Shown: positions 11,967 through 21,712 of the stretch, piece after piece | Layout: every line of letters starts with the position of its first letter | Position numbering within the stretch: the first letter of the stretch is position 1 | Assembly: GCA_002269645.1 (NCBI GenBank) | Contig: NIVC01003372.1 | Location: 1-64,000, forward strand | Direction: 5' to 3' | DNA length: 64,000 nt | Source: Macrostomum lignano | Lineage: Eukaryota | Notes under the pieces: generated by a model | Told to the model about the DNA's origin: nothing | Database searches by the model: none | The model's input: only the letters and a program-made list of their open reading frames with translations | Made by a program: the position numbers and the translations under genes

Positions 11967-14183
11967 TATAGCATTTTGCAGCCCATTTGGGCTAACGCGC
12001 TTTTAATTTAATCCAAGATACGTTTGCCAATGTAACAGAGCTTTTGTCTATGGTAGCAAGGCTGGCGCAGTGGCATTTAATTTGGTTCAAAAAGCATCCA
12101 TTTGGTCCAAACACTCGTGAGCCATTTGACAAACTCTTGCCTTCTCTCAACCGTCTGCAGGTTGTTGCGCACCGCTGGAATGTCAGCGTCTCTACCAAAA
12201 ATTTTAAGTTGCTTTGTAGAATTTTCTTTAATTGTTTATTGAATAAGAGCAAGGCGGTGGTTCATTTAGTTATTTACCAACGGAACTTAGATCAAAGAGA
12301 AAACAAGGGGAGAGCGAGTGATTTGTTTCACTGCCGCCGCCGTGTATTTATAGCTTTGTTATTGTCTTCCGGAAATTTCTAGAAAGATTTAGCTAATTTT
12401 AACAAAGCGAAATAACCCTTTAATTATATACATTACGTAAATATAATTAGAACATTAATACTTAAGTGATAATTAATTATTTACTATTTATATGCGTATG
12501 TTATAGATTAGCTGCTAACTCAAAGAAGTTTCTGGAAATAGTTTTTGACTTTTAGAAATCTGAAGAAATTTCGGGAAAGTCATTAAAGTACGCTACAACA
12601 GTTCCCCCCACGGGAGACGGAGTCCCTAAGTATGACGGTTAATTAATGTTAATTAGATGCTGGGTTACCGTGAATAAAGTCCAGGTTGAAATTACGCTGC
12701 TGAAAATTAATACAGATGACGACTGGGTTCACCGCGAGACGGATAGGGGCAGCTGGGCTCGCACTGCGGTCGAGGAGTTCAGACTGATTGTACATTATGG
12801 CGGTTAACAAGTCCGTGGTCTCTGCGGCACTGCTCCAGGATGGCGGTTTGTCGCTGTAGTTTGGAACGACCTGCGGGTTATTGCCGGTTTGCAGACAGAC
12901 GACTCCCGAACTACGGATAGGCGCCAGGGATCAAGGCGGGTAGTCGCTCTGCGGCTGAAACAGAACCGAGAAGATTCATGGGTGTCGTCCGGGTTAGGCC
13001 AGCTGGTTGACCACCGGCTTATCGAGGAACCTCGTAGTAGGTTGCAATGTGTAGACTCGCCAGTGGTGCCAGCCGGTTTATTGTGGATTGCTAATTGAGT
13101 TCTTCGCGATGGATGAGACCCAGTGCTAACGTCGCGTCTGCGCGGTGCTGCGGTTGATGTCGCTGGTACGTATACGTGGAGGTCATACATGTAGCTGCGC
13201 GGATGGCTCGATCGGATGGCCGTTCGTGAGCCCGTGTAGGCGTAGTTTATTTGGTCACCGACGAGATACCGTGTCGTTTTTAGATGTGGGAACAGGGAGG
13301 TTGGCGACGGTTTAGCTAAATTTATATTACATGACGGCGACGGGAGACACGCTGAGAAGTGATGACGCTGGGCAGTAGACAGTGGTGTGCTATGTTTCGG
13401 CGTTGGTAGCGACGGCGGTGCTGATCGCGAATGATGGCATGATGAGCGGTCACGGGCGTGCGTATGCACACGCATTCTGAAAGAGATCGCTCGACGCCTC
13501 ACCGGACCATTGTAGAATTTCTTTAATTGATTATTGAATAAGAGCAAGGCGGTGGTTCATTTAGTTATTTACCAACGGAACTTAGATCAAAGAGAAAACA
13601 AGGGGAGAGCGAGTGATTTGTTTCACTGCCGCCGCCGTGTATTTATAGCTTTGTTATTGTCTTCCGGAAATTTCTAGAAAGATTTAGCTAATTTTAACAA
13701 AGCGAAATAACCCTTTAATTATATACATTACGTAAATATAATTAGAACATTAATACTTAAGTGATAATTAATTATTTACTATTTATATGCGTATGTTATA
13801 GATTAGCTGCTAACTCAAAGAAGTTTCTGGAAATAGTTTTTGACTTTTAGAAATCTGAAGAAATTTCGGGAAAGTCATTAAAGTACGCTACAGCTTTTCC
13901 AGAGCTCTGCTGATAGTCGAAATCTGATAACCTCCTTCGTGTTCACCTCCGTCGAGTGCTTCGATCACAAGCCAATGACATTCGTTCAACAGCCTAGCAT
14001 ATGGTCCACAATTCTGGGACTAAGCTGCAAATGAACTAAATGGACCAAATTGGTGCTTGTTGGACCAAATTAAATGCCGCTGTGCCAGCCTTGCTACCAT
14101 AGACAAAAGCTCCATTACTTTGACAAACATATCTTGGATTAAATTCAATGCGCGTAAGCCCAAATGGGCTGCAAAAAGCTATA
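11967..14183. mobile_element. Element bounded by ~143-bp inverted repeats (MITE/foldback-like), interrupted by an LTR element
   Basis: 11967-12109 is the reverse complement of 14041-14183 at roughly 85% identity by eye (gcagcccatttgggct..cttttgtctatggtagcaaggctgg..catttaatttgg). The element is about 0.53 kb once the nested LTR element is removed. Confidence 0.55.
12215..13892 (-). mobile_element. Young non-autonomous LTR retroelement (TRIM-like), 1.68 kb
   Basis: LTRs at 12215-12597 and 13511-13892 have TGTAG...CTACA ends and differ by only about two changes near one end. 4-bp TSD GCTT at 12211-12214 and 13893-13896. On the minus strand there is a putative PBS TGGTCCGGTGAGG 1 nt inside the 5' LTR, a PPT GGGGGGAA at 12602-12609, TATAAATA in both LTRs and an intact AATAAA in the 3' LTR (12235-12240). 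No gag/pol is recognisable in the 913-bp interior. Confidence 0.88.
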
Positions 14184-14529
14184 GTATTATTTATTTGAAC
14201 AGACCGGATAACCTATTGCCGTTAAATTATTGGTGGTAAGCTATAGCGAACAGGCACCAGGCGGCGGACCAACCAAAAAGCACGCACGAGGCCCAAGAAA
14301 ATTGAGCGCAAAATCGCGATTTAACCGTCTTTTAAATATAACAATACTCGTATGTCTATGAAGGACACAGTAAAACAAATTTTAAGCGTACAATATTGAA
14401 TACTTTAAAATTCGCTTATGAATAGTAAATAAATTAATATAATACTAAAGAGACATATTTAATATCAAATTATTTTTAAAAATTAAATATCAACATCGTT
14501 ACAACTAGGTCCGATTTAGTGATATATAT

Positions 14530-14968
14530 GAGGTGGGGGCGGAGAAAAAAGGGGGGGTGTTGAAAAAAAATTGGAAACTTTGGCGGTGAATTTGGCTGGT
14601 TTGCTGACACAAATGAATTGGGTGATATTAACTTTGAACTGCCGCCGACGTTGAATTCGCACGAATTAAATCCGGAAATATCGCGCAGACGAATCTCAAC
14701 GAAATTTTCTCCTGATACTCCGACTGCCGGGGTCCTCAATTCCGGGGGGAGGGTAGTTTCGGTCGTAGACGAGCGGTTTTTGTTAGGCGCGAGCGTTCAG
14801 AGAGGGTCCTCAGACACCGTAGTTAATGCGCTTCGATTGCTTGACTGATTACTGTTAGTAGAGTAGCGCTGCCACCACCGTAATTTACGTATTACGGAAC
14901 GTTGAAGTCTCAGAGCTTTCTTTGAGATGAGATTGGGTTATTTTACGCCCCACGGGCAAATGACTTAA
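14530..14968. repeat. Conserved structured core, copy C
   Basis: Same ordered motif series as copy B. Confidence 0.9.
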
Positions 14969-15552
14969 AATAGGCTATGGCTTTTGATCCAGAACGTAGA
15001 AGACAAATTATAATTGTTGCTTATTTATTAATCGGTAAACAAAGTTATTATAAACAAGTTATTGTATTCACACTCGAGCAGCGACTAACGATTCAAATGA
15101 CTGGGGTGCCGCGGTGCGGGCTCTCACTTAAACTAAACTTAAGTAACTGTCCGGTTGAGCAAAATTAATAAAAGTTAATTTAACGTTGATTAGCAGAATA
15201 GGGGGGGTCAGAAAGGGAGAAAGGGATCGGAAGGAAAGAAAGGCATGGAAAAGCAGAAGTCTAGGGGAGAGACAGGCGCAAGGGGCGGGGTTAAATACCC
15301 CAAAACGAAGGACACAAGGTGGTCGACATAGCCCAGAAAATGGGGAAGGCGAAAAACTAGAGTCCAGAAAGAGGTAACAAAAAAATACCGCAGAAAATAC
15401 ACAGAAAAACAAAATAACCATAAATTGGGCATACAAAGCCAGAAAATGGGGCGGGGAGAACAGAAAGAGGGCAGAAAACGTCATATATGCGCCAGGGGGT
15501 GGACAAATGGGGGCCAGAAAGGGGCGAGCTTAATTTTAATGTCCAGATAATT

Positions 15553-15978
15553 GAGGTGGGGGTGGAGAAGAATTTTCTTGGAATGGGCGGCTTTGAAAAT
15601 TTGCTGACACCAGTGAGGTGGGGCGGATTCCCGTTTGGATTGCCGCCGGCGTTGAGTTCGCACGAATAAAGCCGGAAAATCGCGCAGACGAATCACAACG
15701 AATTTCTTCTCCTTTTACTCCGACAGCCGGGTCCTCAGGTCCGGGGGAGGGTAGTCGTAATCGTAGCGGAGCGGTCGTATAGCGGCCCGGTCGTTCAGAT
15801 TTGTAGACTCAATGGTCTAGACACCGTAAATCTGTTTCTGAGTTGTTGAGCTGATTACTATCAGTATAGTAGCGCTGCCACCACCGTAATTTCGTATTAC
15901 GGAACGTTGAGACCTCAAAGCTCGTTCGGAGATGAAATGAGTTTGGTTGTTTAACGCCCCACGGGCAAATAACTCAAG
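15553..15978. repeat. Conserved structured core, copy D
   Basis: Same ordered motif series, 1023 bp after the start of C. Confidence 0.9.
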
Positions 15979-16631
15979 ATAAACTGTCAAGGGCTTCGAT
16001 AAATGAACAACTAGTAAATTATTATTAATAATTATTGTTAATTGCGCAAGCGGTAGTTATTAGAGATTAATATTAATTTCACGAGATGTCCACGGCCGGT
16101 GCCGGGTGCCGAACGACTAACTATTAAGCGAAACTATTAAAACTTACTTAGCGGAGGCAAAAACTATAAACACTAAACAGAAACTGTATAAACTCAAACA
16201 CTAATGAACGAGCACAAACCACGGAGTTTACACGAAGAAGAACGACGAATACGGAAAAAAACGCGCGCGCGCGAAAAAACCAAAAGGCGGCCCGAAATGG
16301 CCTTATAAAAGGGGAAACAATGTCGTCCGGACAGGGATGGGGCAACAGATGGGGCAGGAAGGCGAAGGATGGGGCAGACGATGGGGCAGCGGACGACACT
16401 AAAGCCGCAAACGGGAATTAACAAAAAAATTGAGCAACGGCAAAAGATGGGGCGAGGGATCGGGCGAGGGATCGGGCAAGGGACGGCGCACCGAGTGACG
16501 GAAAAACAGAGAGTCATGAGCAAGTGTCACCACACGGCGCCATCACGTTCGTCGGTCAGTGGTAGATCGCCCTACCACATAATGTTATTGTTATTAAAAT
16601 CAATTTTTGAAAAATAATCAGTGGTGATACT

Positions 16632-17041
16632 GAGGTGGGGGTGGAGAAGAATGAAAAAATTTGAAAGTTGGTGGGTTTGAAATGTTGGGTTTCTTCGAAA
16701 ACCCGAACGGCATTGAGTTCGCACGAATTAACTCCGGAAAATCGCGCAGACGAATCTCAACGAATTTCTTCTCCTTTTACTCCGACTGCCGGGTTCTCAA
16801 GTCCGGGGGAGGGTAGTCGTAATCGTAGCGGAGCGGTCGTGTAGCGGCGCGGTCGTTCAAAGCGATGAAACACCGGAGGTTGTTGACACCGTAAATTAAT
16901 GTGTCGATTTGCTGAGCTTGTTGCTTTCAATAGGGTAGTTGCTGCCACCACCGTAATTTACGTATTACGGAACGAGTAAGTCTCAGAGCTTTCTTTGAGA
17001 TGAGAACTTGGTTATTTTACGCCCCACGGGCAATGACTCAA
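16632..17041. repeat. Conserved structured core, copy E
   Basis: Same ordered motif series, 1079 bp after the start of D. Confidence 0.9.
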
Positions 17042-17602
17042 GAGAGACTAAGGCTTAAAGTTAACGGAAAAATAAATAGAATTATTAAGTTGCAGTTTAC
17101 TTCGGTTATTATTATTGTTAAATTTGCAGGCTGAATAACTGACGAGGTTTCTCCACGGGTGCCGGAGGCACAGGCTATTAAAAGAAAAACTGTAACTTGG
17201 CGACTAAACTACTCACGCACCAATGAATTTTAACTATTCACGCAAAATAACTATTAAACGCAAGGCTGTTAAGACGGAGGATCAAGCTAAGAGAATAATA
17301 GTAAAAGCGGAAAAGGGAGGGAAGAAGAAGGGGAAAGAGGAAAGGCATGCAAAAAAACGCGCTGAGCACAATGTTTAAGTAGTACGTTGAGAAGGGCAGC
17401 GAGAGGAGAAAAGGTGACAAGGGCAGGACACCGGGCATGGACCAGACAGAAAAGCACAGGGACAAATGGGGAGAAAACGCAAAAACATCGACAAGACAAA
17501 CAGGGCCAAGGACAGGAGAGGGAGAACTCACACCGGAGGTTGGAAGAAATGACGACAAAAATCCCGGGTTTGGAGGGGGGCGGGTAAAATCCCGGGGATG
17601 TT

Positions 17603-18009
17603 GAGGTGGGGGTGGAGAAGATAAAACAAAATTTGATATTGGAGGTCGGCCGGTAATTCTTCGAAACCGGTAGCGTTGCGTTCGCACGAATAAAAACCGG
17701 AAAATCGCGCAGACGAATCACAACGAAATTCTTCCCCTTTTACTCCGACTGCCGGGTTCTCAAGTCCGGGGAGAGGGTAGTTGTAATCGTAGCGGAGCGG
17801 TCGTAGAGCGGCACGGTCGTTCAGTTGTAGGAACTCCGGAGTTTCTGCCTCCGTGAATTAATGCGTCGAAGTGTTGAACTCGTTACTTTTAGTAGGGTAG
17901 TTGCTGCCACCACCGTAATTTACGTATTACGGAACGTTTAATGGTCTCAGAGCTTTCTTTAAGTTGAGACTGATTGGTTATTTTACGCCCCACGGGCAAA
18001 GGATTCAAG
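17603..18009. repeat. Conserved structured core, copy F
   Basis: Same ordered motif series, 971 bp after the start of E. Confidence 0.9.
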
Positions 18010-18606
18010 ATAGGCTATGGCTTATATTAACTGGATAGGTATTAACTGATTAATTGACCGTCTGTTTATTATTAACGCAAAGAAAGTTACTAATTCAAGC
18101 AGGTTATTATTGTTAAGAAAAATTAAGCTACAGACGAAAATGAGTTCGTGGACGCCGGTGCGCTAATAAACTAAGGATGAATTAAACTGTAACTGAAACA
18201 CACGAAAACACAAGCGCGAGCGAGAACAATGGAAACTAAAACAAAAATGGAAGACGAAAAACGGGGGAAGGTAAAGATTAAGAAATTCAACCGAAAACAC
18301 ACTTATTTATACAATGAAATTATTAAATTCCCAGGTGTGGGGCCACGACTTATCAACACCGGGGCCACACACGGGTCCACACTCAGGTTATAAAACAAAA
18401 GCCGCAAAAATACACACAAAATTATTAAAACTCAACCAATGAAAATTATATTGACCAACTAAGGAAAAATCTATAACAACCAATGGTCCAAACACGGGGC
18501 CAACCGGGGGGAAAAGGGTGAGGTCACCGTCTGCCGTTGGCCGCAAGGGTTGGAAACTTACGAAAAGATGGCACGCAATTAAAAATAGAAAAATTATTAA
18601 AATATT

Positions 18607-19036
18607 GAGGTGGGGGCGATTTAGATTTGCGGGTGGTCGTTGGGAGAATATCTGTCCGGTGTTCGTCTGTTTGGAAGTCGAGTGTTTGCGGCTCAGGCCT
18701 TCGAATTGGCGCCGTCGTTATCTCGCACGAATTGAATCCGGAAAATTGGTGAACGAATCCCAATAGAACGACTTGTAGTTGCTCCGTCTGCCGGGGTCCT
18801 CAATCCCGGGGGGGGGGGTAGTTTAGTCGTAGGCGAGCGGTCTGTGCTTGGCGCGAGCGTTCAGATGCGGGTCCTCAGACACCGTAAACTCAATGTACCT
18901 CGTATTCTTGTTGTGTTACTAACAGTAGAGTAGCGCTGCCACCACCGTAATTTGCGTATTTCGGAACGTTGATAGTCTCAGAGCTTGCTTCGAGATGAGA
19001 CTGGGTTATTTTACGCCCCACGGGCAAATGACTCAA
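18607..19036. repeat. Conserved structured core, copy G
   Basis: Same ordered motif series, 1004 bp after the start of F. The left half is more diverged. Confidence 0.9.
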
Positions 19037-20685
19037 GATAAGCTATGGTCTTGATTAATTAACGATAATTAATTGGCTTATTAAGTAATTGAAACGGATG
19101 ACAACTAACTAAATTATTATTATTTTATTTAAACGACGATTGATGAAGGCAGGTGGTGCCGCGAGAGCGATTACAAATAATCAGTTATTAATGAGATTAG
19201 TTACTATCAATATAGGCTAAAGAGTATAAGGTTGATAAAGCAGATTGAACTCGGATTAAAACAGTAACTAAACGGAGTAAAACAAAAACGGAGTAACAAA
19301 CAGGAGTGAAATTCTAGCACCCCCCTGCGCAATATTTATAGTATTTTAATGGTACATAATCTTGGCATTAACGAACAGAAAAAGAGAAACTTTAAATTTC
19401 ACTGGACCATGAGGTCATAAATATGTACCAAAGAAAAATTACATTGGGAAAATGGGCAAAAATTAAAGAGCACAAAAAAGGGCACAAAGGCCAGAACCAG
19501 GGGACCCAGGGCCAGAACCGGGGAGCGGGAGATGACGGAAGGGGTGACGTAGGGCAGCACCATAAGGTGGACATAGGAGGGCCAGACCCGGAACACGACA
19601 AAATTACGACCAGAAACGGGGAAGATTACATTTTCAAAAGTTCAAGTGGGAGGCTCACCCTACCACAATATTATTAAATGGTGGCAACCCCACTGCCACA
19701 ATGTTACGTAAATTTCAGTTAATGTTTTCCACCGATCAGTGGCATCCCACTGCCACAATACCATCTACCACCGCATATAATTAATAATAATGTATAATTA
19801 TTTAAATAGGGCCTACCTTGCTTTCAGACAATGTTTTCAATTAATCTCTTTTGAATAAATTAAACATAAAGGCTAAAGCATGAATTTGCATTGAATAGAG
19901 TTTTAAATACATAGACCTTGGCCCTAGGTCTAGTATCATTTCATTAAAGCAAATTATTATTAAATCATTAAAGCATTCCTTCTGGCCATAGACATCATTT
20001 TCTGGCGTGTCATCACATTGACTGATTGATGTACCATTTAAAACTCGAAAATAATATTGCAAAACAAACTGGAAGATCGCCAGAAAAAATTATATGGTTT
20101 ATATTAAATAGTAGATAATCATAATTTGTAGCAAAATAATAAATGTCTAGGATAGGAATAGCTAATTATATAAAAGCCTATTGTAAAATTATATTAATTA
20201 TAGTATTTGCTCTGGTAAATTAATGTAATGAAGATAAAGACTATTTGTTGTCTCTGTACGTTATCTCTACGTAATAATAATTTTGGTCACTCTTTCAAGT
20301 TTCAATGATATTGACTTCAAGACAAAATATTGAATGCTTTAATAATATTTTTGATACAGTATTTTCTAAAAGTAACATAAGCCTAGTGGTTTATTTATAT
20401 TTATTAGTAGGCCTAAAATAGAGTCAAATGCATTCAATTTATAAAATTAGAATATTTTGCTTTTTAAAAAACAAAAAAATTATACATTACTAATGCCTTG
20501 AAATAAGATAAATATAGGGCCTAGAATCAAATTGTTATTTTTTATTTCCTTATTATAAAATTGAAAGCTTTCTTTAAATGTACATATTTTCTTTTTGATT
20601 TAGAATTGAAGGTTGGTTGATTTTGTAACTAGATTAGCTAAGTGCTTGTATATAAAAATATTAATATGTATTTCTATTTCCATAT

Positions 20686-21470
20686 GGCTCATTCCATATA
20701 AGATGGACATATTTGGAAAATAGAAAAAAGTCTATATTTTTGCTTGCCATTGCCTAATTAGCCTATTTTTTACCAAATGTTTATATTGTGCAATATATAC
20801 AATCTAAGAATAAAGGAATGGTAAAATGTTGGATTAGTATGTTATCAATTGGCAAAAAGTCATTTTTGTAAAAATTTGGACATTTTTCGAAGCAAAGGAC
20901 ATCATTAAGATTTTGTACCTTTTAAAAACAAATAGAAAGCTTTTGAAGGTTGAAACAAACTATAGATAAAAGTATAGTACTTGCATCATCAGATAAAAGC
21001 ATTGGTGACCAAATAATCTATTATATTTTTAATGTATTAGTACCTCAAAGTTACTGAATTGACAGAAAAAAATATGTTACGACCATAATGTTACGACCAT
21101 AAGGCGGCCTTTTCTTTTGTATCTTTGTTGCCTTTTGAGTTTATATATTCTAATAAAAGAATATGATTTCTAAAGATGTTCTTAGTCAAATTTTAAAAAT
21201 TTATTGCAAAATATCAAAAATGAAAAATGTTATAAGACTTTTACCTTTTAGTTTCTATATGTCAAAAATCCTGTCGTTACGACCATAAGTGTCATTTAAG
21301 GTTTAATAGCATCTATACTAATGATGATATCTATATGAAACTCTATAAATATATTCTAGACAAAATAATCTTTCATTTAAAATATTGGTTTAGTATATTC
21401 TATTATTAGATTTCATTTTATAAGTAAAAATAACCTGTCATGTTACGACCATGCTTATATGGAATGAGCC
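20686..21470. mobile_element. AT-rich MITE with 17-bp TIRs and 4-bp ATAT flanks
   Basis: GGCTCATTCCATATAAG at 20686-20702 and its reverse complement at 21454-21470, with ATAT on both sides. Four internal copies of GTTACGACCAT at ~21076, 21090, 21276 and 21442. Confidence 0.7.
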
Positions 21471-21712
21471 ATATGCATATTTTATATTGAATATAGACAT
21501 TATAACATTGAAACTAGCTAGGAAGTTTTATTAACTACATTGCCATAGTCTGGACTATTTGGATTTTTGGCTATACAATATGAAAAACCCTTTTTTTAAA
21601 GTCAACTATAAATTTCCTTAATTTATAATTATTTAAAATGTTAATTTTATTTGAAAACCAGTGTTTAAATGTTTAAATTCATATTGCAGCTATTGCTAGC
21701 TGGGGTGCATAT

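Noticed and set aside
12804-13547. 247-aa ORF in the LTR element as gag or env
   Set aside because: It starts at a non-ATG codon inside the LTR, has Ser/Arg/Thr/Pro-rich composition and shows no CCHC or other retroviral motif.
15718-15760. Core sub-domain as a canonical twister ribozyme (CCGG-UCCU..AAG-CCGG..GAGGG resemblance)
   Set aside because: It lacks the UAA cleavage-site motif and the P2 order. The loop AAGC is not conserved (aatt/aggt/aagt).
15750-15800. tRNA-Ser gene or tRNA-SINE head (GTAGTCGT..AGCGGAGCGGTC..GTTCA)
   Set aside because: No cloverleaf can be drawn, the B box is degenerate, and conservation extends ~200 bp upstream.
10466-19036. CRISPR array or bacterial integron
   Set aside because: The context is eukaryotic, repeats and spacers are about 10x too long for CRISPR, and there are no cas or integrase genes or cassette ORFs.
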